Shown in pieces: positions 14,942-23,322 of a stretch of DNA of 32,000 bases. Numbering within the stretch: position 1 is the stretch's first letter; each line of letters starts with the position of its first letter. A model generated the notes under the pieces. That model had not been told where the DNA came from. It saw nothing but the letters and a program-made list of their open reading frames with translations, and did not search any database. Both the position numbers and the translations under genes were made by a program. The stretch is from an archaeon (GTDB taxonomy: Archaea > Thermoproteota > Nitrososphaeria > Conexivisphaerales > DTJL01). The stretch covers positions 1 to 32,000 of the forward strand of contig JAKAPW010000007.1 of assembly GCA_021811935.1 (NCBI GenBank), given 5' to 3'.

Positions 14942-15138
14942 CGCTCGACCGTCCACATGACAATCCCGACACTTAACCATGTATCCGAAGGACGGGGAAG
15001 CCCATAGACGAATCGAATCCCCAATGATTCTCGTGCCCATCTCCATTAACAATCGAGATTCGGCCGTATACTGGACTCAACCTAACCGCAGCAAGAATAT
15101 CGGATTGTAACCAGTAAGATTCGCTTAAGCAAGTCCGA

Positions 15139-15217
15139 TGGCGGGCCCGGTGGGATTCGAACCCACGGTCTTCAGCTTCGGAGGCTGACGCCTTAATCCG
15201 TGCTTGGCCACGGGCCC
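15139..15217 (-). tRNA. tRNA-Arg (anticodon CCG), encoded CCA
   Basis: In the reverse complement the acceptor is GGGCCCG/CGGGCCC. The anticodon stem is UCAGC/GCUGA with loop CUCCGAA. The T arm is GUGGG-UUCGAAU-CCCAC. All stems are perfect, followed by discriminator G and CCA. Confidence 0.9.
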
Positions 15218-15237
15218 ACGCCCCCGTTCCGTCCGGT

Positions 15238-15290
15238 GGATATAAGAACGAACCGCGACGCCTCCGGGGAGGTCCGAAAAGCTATATGAA
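15238..15290. promoter_or_regulatory. divergent promoter region (tRNA-Arg and aldolase gene)
   Basis: ttcttatatcc on the minus strand (15238-15248) lies 21-31 nt upstream of the tRNA 5' end. gctatatgaa (15281-15290) lies 22-31 nt upstream of ATG 15312. Confidence 0.45.
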
Positions 15291-15311
15291 GAGCCGCTCC
15301 ACGGCTCTCCC

Positions 15312-15935
15312 ATGCCAGACCGTCTTTCCGAAGAAGTCGCCCACACCATCAGGAGGCTGTACGGCAGGGGCCTGGTCTCCGGGGTGGGCGGGAACGCCAG
15401 CGTGAGGCTGGACGACGGGGCGCACATACTGGTAACTCCTTCCGGCTACTTCAAGGGGGGGATTGCCAGCGGAGACCTGGTGAAGGTGGCGCTCGACGGC
15501 AACGTGGTCGAAGGGGCCGGGCCCTCCAGCGAGCTCCCGACCCACCTGGAGGCCTACAGGAGAAGGAGCGACGTCATGGCAGTCGTCCACGGCCACCCTC
15601 CGACGGCGGTCGGCCTCATAACCGCCGGTCTGGACATCAGTCCCCTGACGCCCGAGCATGCAGTGATGGTCCGACAGTTGAAGGTCGTGGACTTCGCCAC
15701 CCCTGGGGCCAGGGGGGCGGCGGCGGTGGCCCCTTACCTGGACGGGTGCGACGTCGTCGGGATAAGGAACCACGGGTTCTTCGCGTTCGCCAGGACGCTG
15801 CACGACGCCGCCTCCAAGATCGAAGTGCTCGAGGAGTCGGCCAAGATATACGTCGCCATGGCGCAGGTCGGCGACGTCAGGACGCTCGAACCCTCTACCG
15901 TGGCCGAGATAAGGAGGACCTACGGCAGAGAATGA
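15312..15935 (+). CDS. class II aldolase/adducin-family protein (L-fuculose-1-phosphate aldolase-like)
   Basis: GVGGNASVRLDDGAHILVTPSG....SSELPTHLEAYRRRSDVMAVVHGHP is the typical class II aldolase metal and substrate motif set. Confidence 0.85.
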   Translation: MPDRLSEEVAHTIRRLYGRGLVSGVGGNASVRLDDGAHILVTPSGYFKGGIASGDLVKVALDGNVVEGAGPSSELPTHLEAYRRRSDVMAVVHGHPPTAVGLITAGLDISPLTPEHAVMVRQLKVVDFATPGARGAAAVAPYLDGCDVVGIRNHGFFAFARTLHDAASKIEVLEESAKIYVAMAQVGDVRTLEPSTVAEIRRTYGRE

Positions 15936-15936
15936 C

Positions 15937-16293
15937 TCATGAAAGCCTGACCAGCTGCTGTCCGTCAGGCGCCGGCGAAATCACCACCGCCGTCCCGAAG
16001 GCTATTATCTCGTCCATGGTGTTGCCTATCTCCGTCGAATCGAACATGACGCTGATGACCGCGTTGGCGCCCAATCCCTGGGCGTGCTCCGCGAGCCTGT
16101 CCAGAGCCTGCTGCCTGGCCTGATGCGCCATTTCCGTGTATTCCTTTATCTCCCCGCCCGCCAAAGACCTGAGCCCGGCCATCAGGTTGCCGCCCACCCC
16201 CCTGGAGCGGACGGTTATCCCATAGGTGAGGCCCAGCACCTTGTCGACCTTGTACCCCGGGGCGTAGTTAGAAGTGAGCAGCATCATGGGCAT
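15937..16293 (-). CDS. YbjQ/UPF0145-family protein
   Basis: TSNYAPGYKVDKVLGLTYGITVRSRGVGGNLMAGLRSLAGGEIKEYTE...ANAVISVMFDSTEIG is the characteristic UPF0145 pattern. Convergent with the aldolase gene, with 1 nt between the stops. Confidence 0.85.
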   Translation of the reverse strand: MPMMLLTSNYAPGYKVDKVLGLTYGITVRSRGVGGNLMAGLRSLAGGEIKEYTEMAHQARQQALDRLAEHAQGLGANAVISVMFDSTEIGNTMDEIIAFGTAVVISPAPDGQQLVRLS

Positions 16294-16314
16294 GCCTTCT
16301 ATCGACCATCGGCC

Positions 16315-16386
16315 TTATTTAAACGGAGCGAGCGGGACATCCGCCGGACCCGTCCGGTCGCGGCCTCTGCCGAGCCAAACTTTAAG
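16315..16386. promoter_or_regulatory. divergent promoter region (ybjQ-like and glyS)
   Basis: tttaaataa on the minus strand (16315-16323) lies 22-30 nt from ATG 16293. tttaag (16381-16386) lies 26-31 nt upstream of ATG 16412. Confidence 0.4.
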
Positions 16387-16411
16387 AGCGGAATCGCCAA
16401 ACCGCTTCGGC

Positions 16412-18088
16412 ATGCCCGACAGACTGGACGCCGTCATGGAGCTGGCCAGGAGGCGGGGCTTCTTCTGGCCCGCCTACGAGACCTACGGCGGCTCGGCCGG
16501 CCTCTACGTCTTCGGGGACCTGGGCGTCAAGCTCTCTGCCAACATGGCCGACCTTTGGCGCGACATCTTCGTCAGGCCGTACGGGTTCATGGAGGTGGAC
16601 ACACCCTGCCTCCTGCCTGCCCCCATCCTGGAGGCGTCCGGGCACGTCTCGAACTTCAAGGACCCCATGGCGGAATGCGCTTCTTGCAGCAGGAAGTACA
16701 GGGCGGACCACCTGATAGGGGAGGCGGGCGGCAAGGTGAGCGAAGCGGCCAGCCCGGACGAGATGCTGGCATCCATGGAGGGGCTGAAGGTGAGATGCCC
16801 CGAATGCGGCGGGTCCTCGTGGACGGTCAGGCCGTTCCTGACCATGTTCGAGACGGGGATAGGCCCCTATGCGGAGGGCAAGGGCTACCTCAGGCCGGAG
16901 ACGGCCCAGGGGATATTCGTGGAGTTCAACCGCCTCCTCGAAATAGAAAGGGAGAGGGTCCCGCTGGGGATAGCCCAGGTCGGGCGCGGGTTCAGGAACG
17001 AGATTTCGCCCAGGCAGGGGATGGTCAGGCTCAGGGAGCTGCACATGATGGAGCTGGAGATGTTCGTGGACCCCGAAGACGCCACCTGCCCCTACATGGA
17101 GGACGTCCGGGGGACGAGGCTCCTCTTGCTGGACGGGGCCCGGCTGGCGGAGGGTTCGGAGGAGCCCAGGGAGGCCTCGGTGGAGGACGCGCTTTCCCAG
17201 GGTATGATAAAGACGGAGTGGCTGGCATTCTTCATGGCGCTTTCCCAGAGGTTCCTGACGGAGCTGGGCATCCCCCCCGAGCGCCAGCGGTTCCGGGAGA
17301 AGCTCTCCGGGGAAAGGGCGCACTATTCCGCTCAGACCTTTGACCATGAAGTGCTGATGGACGGGATGGGATGGCTCGAGGTGGCGGGCCACGCCTACAG
17401 GACGGACTACGACGTCGCCTCCCACATGAAGAAGACAGGCGCCGATTACTTGGCGTCTGTCCGCCTGGCCCGCCCGACCAGGGAGCGCAGGAGGATATGG
17501 TCCATCAACGTCGGCGCATTGAAGGCCGCCCAGCCGGAAAGGTGGAAGGAGGTGCTGAAGGAGTACGGCGGCATAAAGGACAGGACGGGCGAGCCCCCCG
17601 TCAGCCTCGCCGGGGTCCGCGTCGAGCCCTCCTTCCTGGTGACCAAGGAGGACGAAGTCGTGGTGGAGACGAGGAAGTTCGTCCCCCACGTGGTGGAGCC
17701 AAGCTTCGGCCTGGAAAGGCTGATGCTCGCCTGCATGGTGCACGCATATTCGCGGCAGGAGGACCGGACCGTGCTGAAGTTGCCGTATCGGCTCGCCCCC
17801 GTCAAGGTCGGCGTCTTCCCGTTGGTGAACAGGGCCGAGATGGAGAAGACGGCGAAGGAGCTGCTCCCGGCGGCCAGGAAGGAAGGGGCCGTCTACGACG
17901 AATCCGGCTCCATAGGGAGGAGGTATGCCAGGATAGACGAGATAGGCGTCCCGCTGGGGATAACGGTGGACGGGCAGACCCTGCAGGACGGCACCGTCAC
18001 GGTGCGGGACAGGGACACCTGGAGGCAGGAGAGGGTCAACGCGGCCGAAATCCCCTCCGAGATAAGGAAGCGCCTCACAGCAAGCTGA
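16412..18088 (+). CDS. glyS: glycine--tRNA ligase (archaeal/eukaryal-type dimeric GlyRS)
   Basis: MELARRRGFFWPAYETYGGSAGLYVFGDLG, class II motifs (GRGFRNEISPR), and a C-terminal anticodon-binding domain (VGVFPLV...GRRYARIDEIGVPLGITVD). The start is the internal ATG 16412. Confidence 0.95.
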   Translation: MPDRLDAVMELARRRGFFWPAYETYGGSAGLYVFGDLGVKLSANMADLWRDIFVRPYGFMEVDTPCLLPAPILEASGHVSNFKDPMAECASCSRKYRADHLIGEAGGKVSEAASPDEMLASMEGLKVRCPECGGSSWTVRPFLTMFETGIGPYAEGKGYLRPETAQGIFVEFNRLLEIERERVPLGIAQVGRGFRNEISPRQGMVRLRELHMMELEMFVDPEDATCPYMEDVRGTRLLLLDGARLAEGSEEPREASVEDALSQGMIKTEWLAFFMALSQRFLTELGIPPERQRFREKLSGERAHYSAQTFDHEVLMDGMGWLEVAGHAYRTDYDVASHMKKTGADYLASVRLARPTRERRRIWSINVGALKAAQPERWKEVLKEYGGIKDRTGEPPVSLAGVRVEPSFLVTKEDEVVVETRKFVPHVVEPSFGLERLMLACMVHAYSRQEDRTVLKLPYRLAPVKVGVFPLVNRAEMEKTAKELLPAARKEGAVYDESGSIGRRYARIDEIGVPLGITVDGQTLQDGTVTVRDRDTWRQERVNAAEIPSEIRKRLTAS

Positions 18089-19322
18089 AGATCAGGTACG
18101 CGTTGAACGCTATTATGACGGCGGCCACGACGCAGACCAGGACTGTGACCCCGCGCCTGTTCACGAACTCCCCCATCCTCTTCCTGTCGCTCGTGAATAC
18201 TATCAGGGGTATCATGGGCAGCGGCAGCATCAGGCTGAGCACGACCTGGCTGTAAACCAGCAGGTCCAGCGGGTTGACGTGCAGCATTATGGCCGCGGTC
18301 GTGGGTATCACGTTCAGGAACCTGGTGACGACCCTCCTCGCGTAGGGGTTGACCTTCGTTCCCAGCATGCCGTCCATGACAGCCTGGCCCGCCAGCGTCC
18401 CCGTGGTGGAGGAAGAGAGGCCGGAGGCAAGGAGCGTCACCGCGAAAATGACGGCAGCCGCCGGGCCGAAGAGCGGCACGAGTATTTTGTAGTACTGGCC
18501 TACGCCGGACACGTAGGCGTTGGAGGAGTCGAGCGTCGCCGCCGCCATCATCACTATCGCCGCGTTGACGAAGGCCGCCAGGACGAGCAGCAGCACGGTC
18601 TCGGCCCTGTGCAGGGCGAGCAGCCCCCTCTTCTCCTCGGCCGACCCGGTCTTCACCTTGTTCTTGGTCAGCCAGGAATGGAGGTAGACCGCGTGCGGCA
18701 TCACGGTCGCGCCTATGATGCCGACGGCTATGGCTATCGTCTGCGCGTCCAGCGCGGGGAGGAAGGAGTGGACCACCACCGCTTGCAGGTCGGGCCGGAC
18801 GATCACCATCTCGTACAGGAACCCGGCCCCTATCACTGTGATCCAGACGGCGAAGAGCTGCTCCATCACCCTTAACCTCCTGGAGGTCGCGGCGAGTATG
18901 ATCAGCACGTCCGCCGCCCCGAAGACGGAGGCGTAGAGGAGCGGGACGCCGAAGAGCATGTTCAGCGCGAGCACGGTCCCCATGTATTCTGCGAGGTCGG
19001 TGGCCGCGATCGACAGCTCGGAGGCCAGCCAGTAGGGGACCGCGTACCTCCTCCTTCCCAGGGAGAGCCTTATCTCTTCGGCCAGGTCCCTCCCCGTCGC
19101 TATGCCCAGCTTGCCGGAGAGGTACTGCAGGAGCATGGCCATGAAGCTGGCGAGCCAGACCACCCAGAGCAGGTCGTAGTGGAAATGGCCGGCGGCCAGG
19201 TCCGTCCCGTAGTTCCCGGGGTCCATGTAGGCGACGCTCACCATAAGCGCCGGGCCGCTGTAGGCGAGCAGCTTCGCTAGGAACCCCCTGCCCCTTCCCG
19301 ACACCTCCAGACCGCTGGTCAT
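18075..19322 (-). CDS. mntH: NRAMP-family divalent metal (Mn2+/Fe2+) transporter
   Basis: GPALMVSVAYMDPGNYGTDLAAG is the NRAMP signature. 415 aa and polytopic. Its 3' end overlaps the glyS 3' end by 14 nt (convergent). Confidence 0.9.
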   Translation of the reverse strand: MTSGLEVSGRGRGFLAKLLAYSGPALMVSVAYMDPGNYGTDLAAGHFHYDLLWVVWLASFMAMLLQYLSGKLGIATGRDLAEEIRLSLGRRRYAVPYWLASELSIAATDLAEYMGTVLALNMLFGVPLLYASVFGAADVLIILAATSRRLRVMEQLFAVWITVIGAGFLYEMVIVRPDLQAVVVHSFLPALDAQTIAIAVGIIGATVMPHAVYLHSWLTKNKVKTGSAEEKRGLLALHRAETVLLLVLAAFVNAAIVMMAAATLDSSNAYVSGVGQYYKILVPLFGPAAAVIFAVTLLASGLSSSTTGTLAGQAVMDGMLGTKVNPYARRVVTRFLNVIPTTAAIMLHVNPLDLLVYSQVVLSLMLPLPMIPLIVFTSDRKRMGEFVNRRGVTVLVCVVAAVIIAFNAYLIFSLL

Positions 19323-19433
19323 GCCGAAGTCCGCATGCTACGACGACAAGTTAGACCCATATAACTTTTTTTAAGGTGACTAACGGTCCCCACAGACGGC
19401 ACCCTTCCGCAAATTTGATAAATCAGGCGTCGG

Positions 19434-20111
19434 GTGCCCTCCGTAAGGGGGGTCTTGTTGGAAGAGCAAAAGAAGGACGATAAGGATGAAAATCCCCGGC
19501 GGAAGTTCATCAAGGTCATGTTCGCCGCAGGCTCGATAGCCACCATAGGCGGGCTGGGCGGAGTGGGGAAGTATCTCACCCCTCCGATAAAGTTCGCCAG
19601 CCAGTGGCCGCAGATCCGGATAGCTAACGTGTCCCAGCTTCAGGTGATGAAGCCGGTCGTCTTCCTGTACCCGGACACCGACACCCCCAACTGGCTCCTG
19701 AAGCTCGGGGTGAAGGCGGAGGGGGGGCTGGGGCCGGACGGCGACATAGTCGCCTTCAGTTCCATCTGCCAGCACCTGGGCTGCACCCCCGGCCTCCTTT
19801 CGCCGGGAGACTCCCCGCCGTGCAACTCCTCGTACAAGGCGCAGTTCCCCATGGCGTACTGCTGTTGCCACGGGAGCCAGTACGACCTGGTCCAGGGGGC
19901 CAAGGTGATCGGCGGGCCCGCCCCGTACAACCTGCCACCGGTGAAGCTTCAGATAGACTCGAACAACGACATATGGGCCGTGGCGATGGGTCCCCCCAAC
20001 ATATACGGCATGGGCCCGGGACGGACCGACGACCCGAGCCAGGTGCTGGAGTACGATACTTTCAACGCCAACATCATCACCCAGGGCACCGCGATCCCGA
20101 GTAGTGGTTGA
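19434..20111 (+). CDS. Rieske [2Fe-2S] protein with Tat-type signal
   Basis: CQHLGC and CCCHGSQYD cluster-binding boxes, plus a twin-arginine RRKFIK before a hydrophobic helix. The start is uncertain: GTG 19434, or TTG 19455/19458 after aggggggt. Confidence 0.9.
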   Translation: MPSVRGVLLEEQKKDDKDENPRRKFIKVMFAAGSIATIGGLGGVGKYLTPPIKFASQWPQIRIANVSQLQVMKPVVFLYPDTDTPNWLLKLGVKAEGGLGPDGDIVAFSSICQHLGCTPGLLSPGDSPPCNSSYKAQFPMAYCCCHGSQYDLVQGAKVIGGPAPYNLPPVKLQIDSNNDIWAVAMGPPNIYGMGPGRTDDPSQVLEYDTFNANIITQGTAIPSSG

Positions 20112-21544
20112 GCTTGGCCAAGAAAGGCATAGTCGACAGGATCCAGGCCTTCCTGGACACCAGGATAGGCTTCACCGAGACCATACTGAGGCCGGTGCCC
20201 TCCCACGCGATGAACCCGTTCAGCTGGCTCGGCGCCATAGCGGTGCTCGCCTTCTTCGCGCAGGGGCTGACCGGTATACTCATGCTCTTCTACTATATCC
20301 CGACCACCAGCGAAGCGTACTCGTCTACCATACACGTCATCAGGAGTGTCCCCATGGGCTCGGTGATCGAGACCTTCCACCTGTACATGGCCTACGCCAT
20401 GATCATCATAGTCTTCCTCCACCTGATGAGGAACTACTTCACCAGCGTCCAGAAGAGGCCGAGGGAGGCGATGTGGGTGGTCGGCTTCGTGATGGGGACC
20501 ATAGTGCTCTTCCAGGCCTTCACGGGCTACCTGCTGCCGTGGACGGTGCTCGCGAAGTCCGCCACGGACGTGGGGATAGGGTTCCTAGGCGTCCTTCCGC
20601 CCCAGCTCTACATATTCGTCAAGTACCTGATAGCTGGGGTCGGCACGAACTCCCAGGAACTGTACAGGTTCTTCGTCTTCCACGTGGTCGTCCTCCCGTT
20701 CACGCTGCTCCTGCTGATAGTCCTGAAACTCTACATGTTCGAGATTCACGGCGCCACCGACCCGGCCTCGGGGGCGAAGCCGGGGGACGCAAAGCCCGTG
20801 AAGTGGTTCCCCGACGTCCTGCTCTACATGCTGATGATCTCCGGCGTCTTCGTGGCCGCCGTCGTGGTCGCGTCGGCGCTGTTCCCGCTGCAGCTCCCGC
20901 CCGAATATTCGGCCAACGCGCCTGCCGTCGTGGTCCAGCCGGACTGGTACTTCCTCTGGCAGTACCAGCTCCTGAAGTTCCAGGTCTTCGCCGGGCCGGG
21001 AGAACCCCTGGCCCTGGCCGTGATAACCATGGGGGCCCTACTGATGTTCTTCCTGCCCTTCTTTGACAGGAAGAAGGAGAGGAACCCGATGAACAGGCCC
21101 GTCTACACGACGCTGGGCGTGATAATAATAGCCGAGCTGGTAGTGCTCACCATCTGGGGCTACATGACACCCGGCCAGACCATACCCAACATGGAGGCCG
21201 TGGGGGTCGTGGGAGGGGTGGCGCTGGTGGTGGCCGCATTGCTCTGGCTGACCTTCAAGCTCAGGCAGAAGATGACCGGCCCTGTGACCGTCGAAGCGGT
21301 GAAGGGGCGGATGCGGTTCCTGAGGACCCCGTTCACGCACCGCGGGCCGACCCTCGTCTTCCTGGCCATCCTGGCCGTGGCGTCCGTCTCGATGGCCACG
21401 GTGGTCGGACAGGCTACCACGCCGCAGCCCGACATCGCTTCGCTTCTGCTGGGGCTGGCCGTCCTCTTCGGCTCGCTCTATGCGCTGCTGAGGCTGATGC
21501 GCAGGCTCGTGATGGACTATCAGGCGATGGTGACCAGCTCATGA
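20108..21544 (+). CDS. cytochrome b (long form, 478 aa) of a bc-type complex
   Basis: Heme-ligand helices FHLYMAYAMIIIVFLHLMRNY and FFVFHVVVLPFTLLLL, plus PDWYFLWQYQ(LL) (the PEWY-region equivalent). The TTG start forms TTGA with the Rieske stop. Confidence 0.9.
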   Translation: MSLAKKGIVDRIQAFLDTRIGFTETILRPVPSHAMNPFSWLGAIAVLAFFAQGLTGILMLFYYIPTTSEAYSSTIHVIRSVPMGSVIETFHLYMAYAMIIIVFLHLMRNYFTSVQKRPREAMWVVGFVMGTIVLFQAFTGYLLPWTVLAKSATDVGIGFLGVLPPQLYIFVKYLIAGVGTNSQELYRFFVFHVVVLPFTLLLLIVLKLYMFEIHGATDPASGAKPGDAKPVKWFPDVLLYMLMISGVFVAAVVVASALFPLQLPPEYSANAPAVVVQPDWYFLWQYQLLKFQVFAGPGEPLALAVITMGALLMFFLPFFDRKKERNPMNRPVYTTLGVIIIAELVVLTIWGYMTPGQTIPNMEAVGVVGGVALVVAALLWLTFKLRQKMTGPVTVEAVKGRMRFLRTPFTHRGPTLVFLAILAVASVSMATVVGQATTPQPDIASLLLGLAVLFGSLYALLRLMRRLVMDYQAMVTSS

Positions 21545-21792
21545 AGACCGACTCAAGGGGGGCCATAATGGTCCTGCTCGTGGTGTTCATGGCGGTGGTC
21601 TCGGCCGCCCTGTGGGTCTTCGACCCGGTGTCGCAGCAGGCGCAGTTCGGGGAGCTGCTCGGGGCCGAGCTGGTTGCCTTCAGCATGCTGACCTACATAT
21701 ACACCAGGGACGGGCCGCAGGACGTGAAGGAGGTCTGGATGCTTTCAGGGGGCCTGGCTCTGGCCTTCCTGATAGGTCTGGCCCTGCTCTGA
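21541..21792 (+). CDS. small membrane protein (83 aa, 3 hydrophobic segments) coupled to cytochrome b
   Basis: ATGA overlap with the cytochrome b stop. Strongly hydrophobic sequence. No family recognised. Confidence 0.6.
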   Translation: MKTDSRGAIMVLLVVFMAVVSAALWVFDPVSQQAQFGELLGAELVAFSMLTYIYTRDGPQDVKEVWMLSGGLALAFLIGLALL

Positions 21793-21796
21793 AGGC

Positions 21797-23152
21797 TCAT
21801 CGAAGCAGCTCGCGAAGGAGGGCCGCCAGGTCCGGGGCGTCCCTCTCCTTCAGGAAGCCGAAGGACATCGCCTCCAGCCGCCCGGCCAGCCGCCGGACGT
21901 GGGAAAGAGTCCCCATCACCAGCACGTCGACGTCCCCTTCTCCCCCGAGTATAGTCTCCTTCGGCGTCGCCACCTCCCCCCCGAGCGACAGCATCTCCTG
22001 CTTGGCAACGAGCGCGAGGACCTTCGGGATGCGCCTCAGCATGAAGACCCTGAACGCGCCCTTCCTGGCCAGCACCGCCACGCCGGGCGCATGCACGCCC
22101 AGCCCCCTGAGGAGATAGGCCACGTCCTCTTCCATGAGGCCCTGGTCCAGCGCGGTCCCCGTCATCCCGCCGGCCGCCGTGGTGGACGGCTCCCTCCTCA
22201 CCCTCTGGGCCAGTTTCACCGCCTGGACCGTCGCCGCCACGTTGTGCGTCCTCACCGAGTGCGCCCCGTTGGCCACGCAGACCGCCTCCGCCGCGAGCGA
22301 GCCGTAGAGCCTCCCGGCCGGGTCCTTGACCCCGCATATCGACCCTATGAACGACTTCCTCGAGACGCCCACGTTCACCGGCAGACCCATCAGCGCCAGA
22401 CGCCTCAGGTTGGTGATGACGTAGGTGTCCCAGTCCAGCCACTTCATCTCCTGGTCCCTGAAGAAGCCGATGCCGGGGTCCACCACCACCTTCTCGCCCG
22501 GCACCCCCGCGTCCCTGGCGGCCGACACGCTCTCGTCCAGCGACGCCCTTATCCTGGCCAGCGGGTCCTGCCCGCCCGGGCGGACGCTGCTGGTCATAAG
22601 TATCGCCGACGCCCCGTGGTCGGCTATTACCCCGGCCATGCGCGGGTCCCCCCTGAGCCCCGTGACGTCGTTCACCACCCCCGCCCCGGCCGAAAGGCAC
22701 GACTCCGCGACGCCGCTCCTGTACGTGTCGACCGACAGGTCCACGGAGAGCTCTTTCTTCACCGCGCGGACGGCGGGCAGGAGCCGCCCGGCCTCCACCT
22801 CTTCGCTCACCATGGTGCTCTTGTAGGGGGCGGTGGACATGCCGCCGAGGTCTATCACGGCCGCCCCCTGCTCGACCATGGCCCTCGCCGCCTCCACCGC
22901 CTCTTCCGGGCCCTTCACCACGGAGCCTCCGTAGAAGGACTCCGGGCTCAGGTTGATCACACCTATGACCCTGACGGGCTCACCGTCGCCCACCCTCACC
23001 GACCCCAGGTTGGAAAGCGCCAACAATCCCCGCAGCCCTCCGAGTCGATTTAAGGTTAGCTGGGCCGGGTTCAAGTTGGCGGCTCGCGCGGAGCCGTGTT
23101 TATCTCGTCGCCTGCCGATGCGCGCGGCGAACGCTGCGCGGGCGGCTGTCAT
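21797..23152 (-). CDS. dihydropteroate synthase-family (pterin-binding) enzyme with ~125-aa C-terminal extension
   Basis: VIGVINLSPESFYGG....AAVIDLGGMSTAPY....VSVDTYR....VNDVTG....ILM....DPGIGF is the DHPS pterin-binding barrel pattern. Residues ~325-451 (genomic 21800-22180) are not assignable by eye. Confidence 0.85.
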   Translation of the reverse strand: MTAARAAFAARIGRRRDKHGSARAANLNPAQLTLNRLGGLRGLLALSNLGSVRVGDGEPVRVIGVINLSPESFYGGSVVKGPEEAVEAARAMVEQGAAVIDLGGMSTAPYKSTMVSEEVEAGRLLPAVRAVKKELSVDLSVDTYRSGVAESCLSAGAGVVNDVTGLRGDPRMAGVIADHGASAILMTSSVRPGGQDPLARIRASLDESVSAARDAGVPGEKVVVDPGIGFFRDQEMKWLDWDTYVITNLRRLALMGLPVNVGVSRKSFIGSICGVKDPAGRLYGSLAAEAVCVANGAHSVRTHNVAATVQAVKLAQRVRREPSTTAAGGMTGTALDQGLMEEDVAYLLRGLGVHAPGVAVLARKGAFRVFMLRRIPKVLALVAKQEMLSLGGEVATPKETILGGEGDVDVLVMGTLSHVRRLAGRLEAMSFGFLKERDAPDLAALLRELLR

Positions 23153-23166
23153 GGCTTGACAGTTTT

Positions 23167-23188
23167 CCTCCCCGCGAAAGCGGGGAGG
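23167..23188. promoter_or_regulatory. perfect 9-bp hairpin CCTCCCCGC-gaaa-GCGGGGAGG
   Basis: Read directly from the sequence. It starts 15 nt upstream of the DHPS-like ATG (23152, minus strand), in the divergent spacer shared with mptE. Confidence 0.5.
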
Positions 23189-23322
23189 AAGGCGAGGCGG
23201 TGAAGGGGAACGGGACGACTACCCCGATCCTCAGGGCCGAAGTCGCTCGACGGCATGAGCCGAAGAGTTGACGGAGCCCTGGGCCGCCCACCTCAAATAT
23301 GTGCCCTTCCCCGGTGCTGCTG

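Noticed and set aside
14942-15052. The 37-codon in-frame N-terminal extension of Doc, considered as part of the protein or as a fused antitoxin.
   Set aside because: Canonical Doc proteins are about 125-130 aa and align from MSEHRYL. The extension has no antitoxin-like pattern. It is left as an open question in the findings rather than annotated.
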